Source: Pyrinomonadaceae bacterium (GTDB taxonomy: Bacteria; Acidobacteriota; Blastocatellia; Pyrinomonadales; Pyrinomonadaceae). From it: DNA of 64,000 bases. The position numbers and the translations under genes are program-made. Shown here in pieces: positions 25,910 to 35,319 of this stretch. Below the pieces are notes generated by a model. The model was not told the DNA's origin, made no database searches, and worked only from the letters and a program-made list of their open reading frames with translations. Position 1 is the first letter of the stretch. Each line of letters starts with the position of its first letter. The stretch spans positions 1,066 to 65,065 of the forward strand of contig DASYML010000035.1 of the NCBI GenBank assembly GCA_036009045.1. Direction: 5' to 3'.

Positions 25910-26851
25910 ATGATCATAGAGCTTTATGCAAAATCGGATGTGGGTCGCGTCAGGCGCGGCAACGAGGATAATTTTCTGATCCTCGATTTGACGACCGCGC
26001 ACAACCTGACAGGCTCGGACCTGACGGAGCCGCCGCAGGAGATGCGCCGTTTCGAGTTGGGCGAGAAGGGTCTCGTGCTGGTCGTCTCGGACGGGATGGG
26101 CGGCGCGCTGGCCGGGGATGTGGCGAGCCGCATGGCCGTCGAATCCGTGCGCGAGATGCTGGTCGGGGATCACACGGAAGAGACCGGCGAGGTGGAAGAA
26201 GGAACCCCGCTCATCGAAATTCTCCGCAACGCGACCGTCTACGCCAACCTCGCCATACACCATCGCAGCCAGGAGGACTCGCGCTGCTCCGGGATGGGCG
26301 CGACCTTCACAGGGGCGGCGGTCAAGGACGGTATTCTGGACCTCGTCCAGGTCGGCGACAGCCGTGCCTACGTGATACGCGGAAAACAGATACGGCTCGC
26401 GACGAAGGACCAGTCGCTGGTCCAACAACTCGTAGACGTGGGCCAGATCAGCGAGGAAGAAGCCGAGACACACATGTTCCGCAACGTCATCCTGCAAGCC
26501 CTCGGTGCGCAGGGCGAAGTGACGCCCGTCACCTGCCGCCTGCATCTCAAGCGCGGCGACCTGCTGTTGCTGTGCAGCGACGGCCTCTCCGGCAAACTCC
26601 GCGCGGAAGATATTCAGCGCATCATGTCCGAAGCCAAAGGCGACCTCGCCGCAGCCTGTGAGGCGCTCGTGGACGAGGCCAACAATCGCGGCGGCGAGGA
26701 CAACATCACGGTCGTTCTCGCGCGCTTTACCGGCGACGATTTGCCGGAACCCGTGACGGACCGCATCGCCATCGAACTTCCTCCGTTGGAGGAAGATTCC
26801 ACGCTCGGCGATCATGAACTCGGTAATGAAGACGATACGGAAACACATTGA
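25910..26851 (+). CDS. PP2C-family Ser/Thr phosphatase
   Basis: SDVGRVRRGNEDNF, VSDGMGG, LLCSDGL and GGEDNITVV motifs. ATG 25910 lies inside the longer track ORF. Confidence 0.88.
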   Translation: MIIELYAKSDVGRVRRGNEDNFLILDLTTAHNLTGSDLTEPPQEMRRFELGEKGLVLVVSDGMGGALAGDVASRMAVESVREMLVGDHTEETGEVEEGTPLIEILRNATVYANLAIHHRSQEDSRCSGMGATFTGAAVKDGILDLVQVGDSRAYVIRGKQIRLATKDQSLVQQLVDVGQISEEEAETHMFRNVILQALGAQGEVTPVTCRLHLKRGDLLLLCSDGLSGKLRAEDIQRIMSEAKGDLAAACEALVDEANNRGGEDNITVVLARFTGDDLPEPVTDRIAIELPPLEEDSTLGDHELGNEDDTETH

Positions 26852-26885
26852 CTTAACGAACAAGCGAAGCCAGGCGAATCAAGGA

Positions 26886-26922
26886 GCGAGGCGGTCTTAC
26901 TCAAGGGCCGCATCGCTTTTTT
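26886..26922 (+). terminator. Intrinsic terminator candidate
   Basis: gcgaggcggtc ... ggccgcatcgc (imperfect 11-bp stem) followed by tttttt. Confidence 0.55.
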
Positions 26923-26960
26923 CATTTCGCGGCGTGATAAATTTTCCTTCGGATAAATGA

Positions 26961-26989
26961 TTGACAACCCGGCCCCGCGCCAGTAACAT
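26961..26989 (+). promoter_or_regulatory. Sigma70-like promoter candidate
   Basis: TTGACA at 26961-26966, 17-nt spacer, TAACAT at 26984-26989. Confidence 0.45.
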
Positions 26990-27086
26990 CCGCCTCGCGC
27001 AAATATATCTACCTGACACGTCTTGATGCTTACGGGCGCTGTTAAATTTAAGTCCAGAAAAAAGATGATCGGAGGATCGCTTGATA

Positions 27087-27881
27087 ATGTTACGCAAGTC
27101 ACTCTTGAGGAAAGTTCTACTGCTCGCGCTGTGTGGGATGGCGGCGGCAGCCCTCTTAATTCCCGCGACAACCGTTCCAGGTAAGGCTGACGAGTTTACG
27201 GGGCGAGAGATTTTGACCGTCGCGCGCATCGCGCACGGCGGAGCCGAATATACAGGCTTACAGCATGTCACGGTCAAGGCCAACGGTTTCGTCAACGCGG
27301 CGGCCTTCGCGGGCATCGGAGCCAATCCTTTGGCCGGAGCCGTCGAGGTCAAACTCAATATTACTGATTACCAGGATAAGTCCATGCGCCGCAGGCTGGA
27401 TGTCGCGCCGGGCGGCGGCATGCTCGCCGCTGGGCCAACTTATCTGGTCTACACTGGGACGGAAGGCGGCGGGATGTTCGCGGGCAACCAGTTTCGCGTG
27501 AGCGAAGTGGCGGCCTCCAGGCATTGGGCCATGATGGGCTTTGACACGCTCAACCGTGCCATCGAGGGCCAACTCGTCACCGCTCGCCAGAAGGACGAGG
27601 GCAACGATTATGTCGTCGAAGTCAAGTTCAACCCGCAGGATACAGTTCGCTACTGGATTAACATGCAGAGCTTTCTGATAGACAAGATAACCACGCGCTA
27701 TAACAGCAAAGTGCTTATCGAAGAGGACCGCACAGACTATCGCAAAGTGAGTTGCATGATGCTGCCCTTCCACGTCGTGACCAGACTGCAAGGCCAGCGC
27801 CTTGCGGACCTGAGCATTGACAGCTACGACGCCAACACGGATGTCCCGGCGGCCCGCTTTACCATGACCGCAACACCGTAA
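27087..27881 (+). CDS. Exported protein of unknown function
   Basis: GGAGGA 10 nt upstream of ATG 27087. Signal-like MLRKSLLRKVLLLALCGMAAAALLIPA. Confidence 0.6.
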   Translation: MLRKSLLRKVLLLALCGMAAAALLIPATTVPGKADEFTGREILTVARIAHGGAEYTGLQHVTVKANGFVNAAAFAGIGANPLAGAVEVKLNITDYQDKSMRRRLDVAPGGGMLAAGPTYLVYTGTEGGGMFAGNQFRVSEVAASRHWAMMGFDTLNRAIEGQLVTARQKDEGNDYVVEVKFNPQDTVRYWINMQSFLIDKITTRYNSKVLIEEDRTDYRKVSCMMLPFHVVTRLQGQRLADLSIDSYDANTDVPAARFTMTATP

Positions 27882-27917
27882 GAGGCGACCGAGAACAAAC
27901 TCGACTGGAAACGAATA

Positions 27918-28100
27918 GGCCCTGAAAGGGCCGAATATGATAGCCGGGGCAGCGCCCACGGTTCCTGGTCCAAAAGAGAATCCGACCCTGAAAGGGTCGC
28001 ACACTCAACGTTGAGGTGCGACCCTTTCAGGGTCGGCATGTTTTTGGCGATATGGGACCGGGGCGTTGCCCCGGCTATCATATTCATCCCCTGCGGGGAT
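27918..28100. repeat. Family-C nested palindromic element, copy 1
   Basis: Central core ccgaccctgaaagggtcgcacactcaacgttgaggtgcgaccctttcagggtcgg (27982-28036). It is flanked by gaatatgatagccgggg / ccccggctatcatattc and by ggccctgaaagggcc. A second copy lies at 58442-58675. Confidence 0.85.
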
Positions 28101-28134
28101 GTACCATCGCTTTAACTCACTTTATGAATGTCTT

Positions 28135-28635
28135 CTAAGATTTTTCCGACCTTTCAGGCAAGCTGCGCCAGTCCGGCCTGTGGTCTACGCGGCGGACGTA
28201 GATGGATGCGCCCTGGACTCGCTCCACTTCGACGCGGTCTCCCGCTTCGAGCGGTTCTTCGCCTTCGGAGGGGTAAGCGGTCCAGGTCGAGCCGTAGACC
28301 TTGACCGCGCCCTCGTGCAAGGCTCCCTTGCTCGAAGAGACGACCGTGCCGAGTTTGCCGGGCAGCGCGTCCATGCCCATCTTGAGACGGTCGTCTTGCT
28401 TTTCGTGCGTGAAGTAGTTGACGAAGATGGTGCGCGAGGCGGCTGTGAGCGCGATGGAGGTGACGGCGAAAATGAGGAATTGGAGCGGCAGGCTATCGAG
28501 GCCGAGGATGCTGGCGAAGGCGGCGGCCAGCGCGCCGACCCCGAACCAGAGGAGGACGAAGCCGGGCGTGAAGACTTCCGCGATAATCAGGACGACTCCG
28601 AAGATGGTCCAGACAATCCAGGCGTAATCGCTCAT
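28135..28635 (-). CDS. NfeD-family membrane protein
   Basis: Three or more N-terminal TM helices. C-terminal OB-like GAVKVYGSTWTAYP...GDRVEVERVQGASIYV. ATG at 28635. Confidence 0.75.
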   Translation of the reverse strand: MSDYAWIVWTIFGVVLIIAEVFTPGFVLLWFGVGALAAAFASILGLDSLPLQFLIFAVTSIALTAASRTIFVNYFTHEKQDDRLKMGMDALPGKLGTVVSSSKGALHEGAVKVYGSTWTAYPSEGEEPLEAGDRVEVERVQGASIYVRRVDHRPDWRSLPERSEKS

Positions 28636-28663
28636 CAATCTTGCTCTGCCTTTTCGCAGCCCG

Positions 28664-28750
28664 CTCAAGTGTGCTGCTCAATCGTTACTCAATCGCTGCT
28701 CAATTGTTATTCAAGCGCTACTCAAGAGCGCTCGCTCACCTGTCGCTCAA
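28664..28750. repeat. 11-bp phased CTCAA array
   Basis: CTCAA or TTCAA at 28664, 28677, 28688, 28699, 28710, 28721 and 28746. The five central copies are exactly 11 nt apart. Confidence 0.7.
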
Positions 28751-28773
28751 GCGTCGCACATGCTCTCTCGCTC

Positions 28774-29694
28774 TCAGCCCTTGAGCATGTTCTTCATGAC
28801 GAACCAGACGTTGGCGGGGCGTTCTGCCAGTCGCCGCATGAAGTAAGGATACCAGTGCTTGCCGTAAGGGACGTAGACGCGCATCCTGAAGCCGTCGCGC
28901 GAAAGCTGTTCCTGTAGGTCGCGCCGGATGCCGTAGAGCATCTGGAACTCGAAAGCATCTTTGCTGATTCCCTCGCGCTCGGCAAAGTCAACCGTCGCAT
29001 TAATCATCTTCGGATCGTGCGTCGCGATGCCGTGATAGACGCCGCTCGACAGGAGCATTTTCATGACGCGCACGTAGTTATCATCTGTGTCCTTCTTATC
29101 GGGGAAGGCGACCTCCGGCCCTTCGTTATAAGCGCCCTTACAGATGCGTATGCGCGCGGGAATCCTGAGCAGGTCTGTGACATCTGCAACCGTCCGCCGC
29201 AGGTACGATTGCATGACGATGCCCACATCGTTGAGGCCGAACTCCGCGCGCAGCCGTTTGAAAATATCAATCGTGGTTTGCGTGACGTTCGAGCCTTCCA
29301 TGTCTACGCGGACGAAGTTGCCACGGCGTGCCGCGTCCTCCACGACGGCGCGAGCATTCCTGTAAGCGAGTTCGGGGTCTATGTCGAGGCCGAACTGCGT
29401 GAGCTTGATGGAAACGTTGGAGCGGATGCCCGTCTCGTCTATGCGCGCGAGGATGTTTCGATATTCGCGGACCTCTTCGGCGGTCTCTTCCGGGCGCGAG
29501 ACGCCTTCGTTGAGATGATCGAAGGAGGCGGCAGGCCCGCGCGCGTTGATTTCGCGGATGGCGGCGACAGCCTCTTCGATATTCTCACCGGCCACAAAGC
29601 GCGTCGTCATCTTCTTGAAAGGGCTAAAGCGCGTCGCAAAATCCTTCAGCCCTTCATGATGAGAGAGGTAGAGCAGTGCTTGTCTGGTAACCAT
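28774..29694 (-). CDS. Proline dehydrogenase
   Basis: 306-aa PRODH-like TIM-barrel sequence (VSIKLTQFGLD...ICKGAY...GIATHD...QMLYGIR). Confidence 0.85.
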   Translation of the reverse strand: MVTRQALLYLSHHEGLKDFATRFSPFKKMTTRFVAGENIEEAVAAIREINARGPAASFDHLNEGVSRPEETAEEVREYRNILARIDETGIRSNVSIKLTQFGLDIDPELAYRNARAVVEDAARRGNFVRVDMEGSNVTQTTIDIFKRLRAEFGLNDVGIVMQSYLRRTVADVTDLLRIPARIRICKGAYNEGPEVAFPDKKDTDDNYVRVMKMLLSSGVYHGIATHDPKMINATVDFAEREGISKDAFEFQMLYGIRRDLQEQLSRDGFRMRVYVPYGKHWYPYFMRRLAERPANVWFVMKNMLKG

Positions 29695-29868
29695 TATGTC
29701 GAAAATTATCCCCTGGGCCAGTGGACCATCGAATCAATGAGAAAGTGAACGGATTCCCCGCAACTGTGATATGCTTACGCCTCGCAGTTCAACGCCTCGC
29801 TTTATCCACCAGACGAATTAGCGGAGTCAACAAACTTTTAGCATCCGCCAGAGGAAGCAAGAGCAGAC

Positions 29869-30204
29869 ATGCGCTGGAAGCTACTACTCATTGCCTCTTT
29901 GCTCGCCACCATCGCTGGCGCAGGGCTCACGCTGCTCATCATCTTCGCCCTCAACGGTCCGGGTAAAAGCCCTGGGATAAATGGACTCTACCTGCTCTGT
30001 ACGCTGCTTTTTCCCATCGCCGCCATCACCTACGCGAGCATTTTCGTCTATCGCCACACGGCGCGCAGGCGTTCACTGCAAGCCATCCTGGCCGCGCTCA
30101 TCTCCATCTTCCTGACGCTCACAGTCTTGCTGGCGGCCTCTATGCTCTTCGGAAAAGCCGCGCCGTCAATCCTGCCGCCCACGACGCCACGCAATATCAG
30201 TTGA
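29869..30204 (+). CDS. Small membrane protein (3 predicted TM helices)
   Basis: 111 aa, hydrophobic throughout. No recognised family. Confidence 0.45.
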   Translation: MRWKLLLIASLLATIAGAGLTLLIIFALNGPGKSPGINGLYLLCTLLFPIAAITYASIFVYRHTARRRSLQAILAALISIFLTLTVLLAASMLFGKAAPSILPPTTPRNIS

Positions 30205-30319
30205 GTTCAAGAGCAGCATAAGTGATACGAGTTGCGCCGCGCAAGCTGAGCCTTATTCCGGTAGTAATTCAAGATAAAAGTTGAGAGAGACTCCTCATTG
30301 AGTGATAGAGAAACTGTGT

Positions 30320-30417
30320 ATTCACCACCGCAGACACAGAGGACTCAGAGTCAGCACAGAGGCTTGCATGCTTAACTCTGTGCTGACTCTGTGCGCTCTG
30401 TGTCTGCGGTGGTGAAT
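30320..30417. repeat. Family-A palindromic element, copy 2
   Basis: Same ATTCACCACCGCAGACACAGAG...GGTGAAT core. The left flank GATAAAAGTtGAGaGaGAGACTC also matches copy 1. Confidence 0.9.
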
Positions 30418-30458
30418 ACATCTCTCATTTCCTCTCAAGATAAACTTAACCCCACCTC

Positions 30459-31037
30459 TTACTCCGCGCGCGTGCCGAGGCCAATCTCTTTCTGTAAAGG
30501 GCGCAGGGCGTCAATCACGAAGCGAATGTGCTGGTCCAATTCGACTCCCAACTCTTCCACGCCCTGCCTGATGTCATCACGATTGACTGTCCGCGCGAAG
30601 GCTTTGTCCTTCAGTTTCTTCTTGACCGAAGAGACTTCCAGATCGTCCAGGCTGCGCGAAGGACGGACCAGCGCGCACGCCACCAGAAAGCCGCACAACT
30701 CGTCCGTCGCAAAGAGCGCCTTTGCCATCATCGTCTCGCGCGGCACGCCCGTGTAAGTCGCATGGCCCATAATCGCGCGAATGACGCGGTCTGGATAGCC
30801 TCGACCGCACATGATATTCGCGCCCTTGAACGGGTGCTCATCTGCGCCTGGGAACATCTCGTAATCAAAGTCGTGCAATAACCCCACGATGCCCCACTCG
30901 TCCACGTCCGCCAACGGCCCGCCATACACCGGCGCACACGCGCGCATCGCGGCCTCCACCGCCAGCGCGTGCTTACGCAGCCCAGCGCCCTTCGTATACT
31001 CACACAACAATTCCCAGGCATCCTGACGGTCAAGCAT
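30459..31037 (-). CDS. HD-domain metal-dependent phosphohydrolase
   Basis: GLLHDFDYE...HP...GH motifs. 192 aa. Confidence 0.75.
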   Translation of the reverse strand: MLDRQDAWELLCEYTKGAGLRKHALAVEAAMRACAPVYGGPLADVDEWGIVGLLHDFDYEMFPGADEHPFKGANIMCGRGYPDRVIRAIMGHATYTGVPRETMMAKALFATDELCGFLVACALVRPSRSLDDLEVSSVKKKLKDKAFARTVNRDDIRQGVEELGVELDQHIRFVIDALRPLQKEIGLGTRAE

Positions 31038-31046
31038 AAGTCACAT

Positions 31047-31118
31047 GCAGGAGTCAGGAGTCTGGAGTCAAAGACAGTCTCTTGCTTTTGACTCCAGACT
31101 CCCAGACTCCTGACTCCT
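31047..31118. repeat. Heptamer-periodic hairpin (CAGGAGT/CTGGAGT units)
   Basis: gcaggagt caggagt ctggagt caaagac ... ttgactcc agactcc cagactcc tgactcct. Lies between the acyl-CoA dehydrogenase stop and the HD gene start. Confidence 0.8.
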
Positions 31119-31121
31119 ATT

Positions 31122-32270
31122 TCATCCTTTCAAAATTCCCCTTGAGATAACGATTCTTTGAATTTCGCTGGTCCCCTCATAGATGGTGGTGACGCGTGCA
31201 TCTCTGTACATGCGTTCGACGGGGTAATCGCGCGAGTAACCGTTGCCGCCGTGGATTTGGACTGCGTCGGCGCAGACCCTGTTGGCCGTTTCGGAGGCGA
31301 AGAGCTTGGCCATCGCGGCGTAATAGCCAGCCTGTTTATGCCCTGCATCCTTCAACGCTGCGGCGCGCAGGGTGAGCAGTCGCGCGGCGTCCGTCTCTGT
31401 CGCCATGTTGGCGAGTTTGAATTGGATGGCCTGAAACTCCGCGATGGCCTGTCCGAAAGCCTGTCTCTCTTTCGCATATTTCAAGGATTCATTGAGCGCG
31501 CCCTGCGCGATGCCCGTCGAGAGCGCGCCGATGCCTATCCGCCCGTTGTCCAGACTGTTGAAGGCGACGCGCAGCCCGTTGCCCTCGCCGCCCAAAACGT
31601 TCCGCGCTGGCACGCGCACGTCCGCGAAACTCATCTCGGCGGTCTGCGAGGCGCGTTGGCCCATCTTGTGTTCGATGCTTGAGACGGTCAGTCCCTCCGT
31701 GTCTCCATCAACCAGAAAAGCCGTCACGCTATTCTTGTCGGACGCGCGCTCGCCCGTCACGGCCATGACCACATAAACGTGAGCCTCGCCGCCGCTCGTG
31801 ACCCATGACTTGGTCCCGTTGATGATGTAGTCATCGCCGTCGCGCAACGCGCGCGTGCGTAAGGCAGTCGCGTCGGAACCCGCCTGCGGCTCTGAGAGAC
31901 AGAAGGCTCCGAGTTTCTCGCCCTTCGCCAGTGGAGTGAGATAATCACGCTTCTGCTCTTCCGTCCCGTAACTCAAAATGGGATAGCAACAGACAGAGTT
32001 GGTGACGCCGACGATGACGCAGACGGAGGCATCCGCGCGCGCTATCTCTTCGAGAGCCAGCGCGTACGCGACCGTGTCAAGGCCAGCGCCTCCCCACTCT
32101 TCAGGAATAATCATCCCCATCAGGCCAAGTTCCGCCAGTCCCTTCAACTGCTCGCGCGGAAACCTGGCCTGCTCGTCGCCTTCACGCGCACGCGGGGCGA
32201 TCTCGCCCGCGACAAACTCGCGCACGGATGATTGGACCATCCGCTGCTCTTCGGAAAGCTCAAAATCCAC
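31122..32270 (-). CDS. Acyl-CoA dehydrogenase (short/medium-chain type)
   Basis: FCLSEPQAGSD...YEGTSEIQRIVISR. 382 aa. Confidence 0.9.
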   Translation of the reverse strand: MDFELSEEQRMVQSSVREFVAGEIAPRAREGDEQARFPREQLKGLAELGLMGMIIPEEWGGAGLDTVAYALALEEIARADASVCVIVGVTNSVCCYPILSYGTEEQKRDYLTPLAKGEKLGAFCLSEPQAGSDATALRTRALRDGDDYIINGTKSWVTSGGEAHVYVVMAVTGERASDKNSVTAFLVDGDTEGLTVSSIEHKMGQRASQTAEMSFADVRVPARNVLGGEGNGLRVAFNSLDNGRIGIGALSTGIAQGALNESLKYAKERQAFGQAIAEFQAIQFKLANMATETDAARLLTLRAAALKDAGHKQAGYYAAMAKLFASETANRVCADAVQIHGGNGYSRDYPVERMYRDARVTTIYEGTSEIQRIVISRGILKG

Positions 32271-32367
32271 GGCTCACATCTCCTTTTCGGTCAGACGAAA
32301 CTAGCACGAGATAGAACGCGAAACAAGTATTGCCAATCCGGTCTCTTCGTTCAAGTAAGAAAGCAAG

Positions 32368-32477
32368 AGCCACACAGGCCAGAGAGCACACAGAGCGATT
32401 AAATATAGCGTGCCTCTCATCCAAACATAGCTTGTCTCTCATCCTCCTGCTCTGTGTACTCTGTGCCCGCTGTGGCT
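32368..32477. repeat. GCCACAG/CACAGAG palindromic element (family-A variant)
   Basis: agccacacaggccagagagcacacagagcg ... gctctgtgtactctgtgcccgctgtggct. Confidence 0.75.
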
Positions 32478-32501
32478 AATTTCCGCAAGAATTGCCGCAA
32501 C

Positions 32502-32573
32502 CAAGGCGCAAAGACGCAAAGTAAAATAAGACTCTTCACGCTCATGTTCATATCCAATCGCAAACGGCTATAA
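32502..32573 (-). repeat. Family-B module, copy 1 (inverted orientation)
   Basis: The reverse complement ttatagccgtttgcgattggatatgaacatgagcgtgaagagtcttattttactttgcg closely matches 44078-44142 by hand alignment, with only a few mismatches. Confidence 0.8.
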
Positions 32574-32590
32574 ATCCACCACATCAAACG

Positions 32591-33151
32591 GGCGCTTACA
32601 TTTATCGCGTTTACAAGGCGGCCTTCGGCGCTCGTCCCACTTACGCGCAGTTCAGTTCGGATCGTGGGCGCGTCGTCGTCGGACCGGGACTGGACCAGAG
32701 TAAGTCCGCCTTCGCGCTCACCTTCGTCGGGCGTGTCGTTTTCACCAACCAGTACCCGCGCACCTTGAACGCGAATCAATTCGTCAATTCTCTGCTGGGT
32801 TCCATCCTCCTGAATTCAAACGTAGACCTCTCCGCGCAAAGAGACGCCCTTGTGGCCCTCTATGATGGAACGGATAATGGGCTGTCGGCCATCCTGAGAC
32901 AGATGGCCGACAGCCAATCCTTCATAGATGCGGAGTACAACCCTTCATTCGTGGTGATGGAATATTTCGGATACTTACGCAGGAACCCGGACCAGGGCGG
33001 TTACGATTTCTGGTTGGGCCAGGTCAACAAGTTCCCGCTCAGGGATGTCGGGGTACAACATGCGATGGCGTGTTCGTTCATCACCTCAGAGGAATATCAA
33101 ACGAGATTTAGTTCCGTCGTTACTCACACGGACAGTGAGTGCCCGCAGTAG
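32591..33151 (+). pseudogene. 3' fragment of a DUF4214-like protein gene, with the 5' part replaced by repeat elements
   Basis: The in-frame translation upstream of the track ORF reads ...IYRVYKAAFGARPTYAQF... There is no start codon and the frame opens inside the family-B repeat. The downstream YFGYLRRNPDQGGYDFWLGQV motif is typical of DUF4214. Confidence 0.55.
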
Positions 33152-33174
33152 AATTATTGGCCCAGGAAAATAAA

Positions 33175-33236
33175 AGGCTGTTAATCGTTCTGAGTGACTC
33201 CCCCAAATCACACGGAATGATTAACAGCCTCTTTAG
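33175..33236 (+). terminator. Long-loop hairpin, possible terminator
   Basis: aggctgttaatc (33175-33186) pairs with gattaacagcct (33219-33230). It is followed by ctttag, a weak T-tract. Confidence 0.35.
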
Positions 33237-33622
33237 CGTTGCCCCGCGACAGCATCACAGGATGAAAGCCCGTTCCCCCAAAAGAGCCGCCACCCGAATT
33301 GATGAAAGCGAGTTGAAGCCTCCCCCAAAGCTTTGCGCCCGCCGCTGTCTCAAGAGCCTGACCCGATTTTACCCTTATGTACCCTTCTTTATCTTAACCG
33401 CGCATCTCTATTGCAACGTGTGTACCACTCTCAACAACATTCGCCCGCGCAAGTTGGGATCATCTCTCGAACCCTTAAAAAAACGGCGATTCAACGGCTA
33501 CTCATGTGCCCATGAGCAAAGGCATGCCAGCTTTCCTGGCCCACAAATTTTGCATCGCTTTTATACTTCGGCCCTGTACCACTGACTTATTATCGTGCGC
33601 GCCTCTCTCGCCTTCTTTAGTT

Positions 33623-35284
33623 TCAAACTTGCTCTGAGGCGGCGATGCGTCTTTTCTTGGTCGAGACGTTCTCAGCGATTAAGTGCGTCACGACGGGCGG
33701 CTCATCGCCGATGTGGAAAGACCTCGCGAAATCCTGTATCTCGCGGTCCGCATTGGTCACGCGCGCGTGCTGGCGCATGTGCTCGGCCCAGGACTCTACG
33801 AGGAAGGTCTCAAGATAACGACCCTCGTTCGCCTGGTCGTTGAAAAGCCCCCAGCGCATCGCGCCGTCCCTGCGGACGATACGCTTGACCCCGTCCATAG
33901 CCTTCCTGAATTCGTCCACACGCGCGGGGTCTATCTGGTACTCGACAGTGACCAACACCGGGCCATCTTCAGGATGCGGCTCTATGACGACGGTCGGTTC
34001 GGACCAGTGCAACGAAGGATTGAGGTCCAGAGCCTCTGAGGCCGCGAGCGGGTAACGCACAGCCGCCAGGAGACCCGCCAGCATCGCCAGCACCGCGCAG
34101 AGGAGCGCCCTCGGAATGCCCAGTCGCGTCGCCACCGCTCCCCAGAGAGCGCTGCCGATTGCCATCCCGCCGAAGAAGACCAGCAGGTAAATCGCCAGCG
34201 CACGCGCGCGCACCCACGCCGGGACCACCGTCTGGACTGAGATGTTAAAGCTCGACATCAAGGCCATCCAGGCGATGCCGCCCAGAACCATCGCCAACGC
34301 CAGCAACGACAGGACACGCACATACGCGAGCGTCAGTGTCACCCCCGCGAAAAGCACCGTCCCGCACACGACCAGCAGGTTGAGAGACATGCTGCGCCGG
34401 ATGAGCGGCAGGATGAACGCGGCGAGGACCGCGCCCGCGCCGAGGCCGCCCAGCAAGACACCGTATGCGACCGCGCTTAATCCGAGTTCCCTGCGCGCGA
34501 TGAGCGGCAGCATGGCCCACAGGGCGCTCGCGCAGACGACGAAGAGGCCCGTCCGCAGGAGCACCGTTCGCAGTTCCGGCGAATGCCTGACATAACGCAA
34601 ACCCGCGCGCATCGCTCCCACCACGCGCTCCGTCGGCAACATGCTCTCGCTCGGCTCTCGTTGCCAACGATACAGGACCAGTATTATGCCCAGAAACGAA
34701 ACGGCGTTGAGCATAAAGACTGCCCATGAGCCTGCGAGCGCGACCACTATCCCGCCCAGCGCGGGACCCAGCGCGCGCGCGATGTTGAAGGCCACACTGT
34801 TGAGAGAGACCGCAGCCGCCAGTTCGCTGCGCGGGACTAATTCGGGGACGATGGCCTGCCACGCTGGCGCGTTGAGCGCCGCGCCGAGTCCGAGCGCGAA
34901 CGTGAGCAGCAGGAGAGTCCATGCGCCCGTCAGCCCCGCCAGCGTCAACACCGCCAGCGCCACCGCCGCGATGAGCATCCACCCCTGCGTCATGAGCAGC
35001 AGCCAGCGACGGTCAACCACATCCGCCAGCGCCCCTGCGGGCAGCGCGAGCAGAAAGAGCGGAGTCATCTCCGCCGTCTGCATCAACGCCACCATCATCG
35101 GAGACGGCGCGATGGAGGTCATCAACCATTCCGCGCCCACGTTCTGCATCCAGGTCCCTATGTTGGAGGCGACGGCTGCGATCCACAGCCACCGAAAGAG
35201 CGTGTTGCTCAAAGGACTCCACGCGGAGGAGCCTTGTGCGCGCCCGTCTTTTAAAGTTTTAGTTTCCACTCTTGATACAGCCAT
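33623..35284 (-). CDS. MFS transporter fused to a C-terminal ABM/ferredoxin-like domain
   Basis: About 12 TM helices of the enterobactin-exporter-like MFS type. These are followed by VLVTVEYQIDPARVDEFRKAM...LETFLVESWAEHMRQH. Confidence 0.8.
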   Translation of the reverse strand: MAVSRVETKTLKDGRAQGSSAWSPLSNTLFRWLWIAAVASNIGTWMQNVGAEWLMTSIAPSPMMVALMQTAEMTPLFLLALPAGALADVVDRRWLLLMTQGWMLIAAVALAVLTLAGLTGAWTLLLLTFALGLGAALNAPAWQAIVPELVPRSELAAAVSLNSVAFNIARALGPALGGIVVALAGSWAVFMLNAVSFLGIILVLYRWQREPSESMLPTERVVGAMRAGLRYVRHSPELRTVLLRTGLFVVCASALWAMLPLIARRELGLSAVAYGVLLGGLGAGAVLAAFILPLIRRSMSLNLLVVCGTVLFAGVTLTLAYVRVLSLLALAMVLGGIAWMALMSSFNISVQTVVPAWVRARALAIYLLVFFGGMAIGSALWGAVATRLGIPRALLCAVLAMLAGLLAAVRYPLAASEALDLNPSLHWSEPTVVIEPHPEDGPVLVTVEYQIDPARVDEFRKAMDGVKRIVRRDGAMRWGLFNDQANEGRYLETFLVESWAEHMRQHARVTNADREIQDFARSFHIGDEPPVVTHLIAENVSTKKRRIAASEQV

Positions 35285-35319
35285 GCGCTTGCCTTAGCAA
35301 TTTAGAGTCCACTTTAAAA

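Noticed and set aside
25883-26863. 326-aa minus-strand ORF opposite the PP2C gene
   Set aside because: Shadow ORF: the plus strand carries all the PP2C motifs.
33139-33585. 148-aa plus-strand ORF in the 33.15-33.62 kb gap
   Set aside because: GTG start inside the preceding gene, no SD, low-complexity basic sequence. The region looks non-coding.
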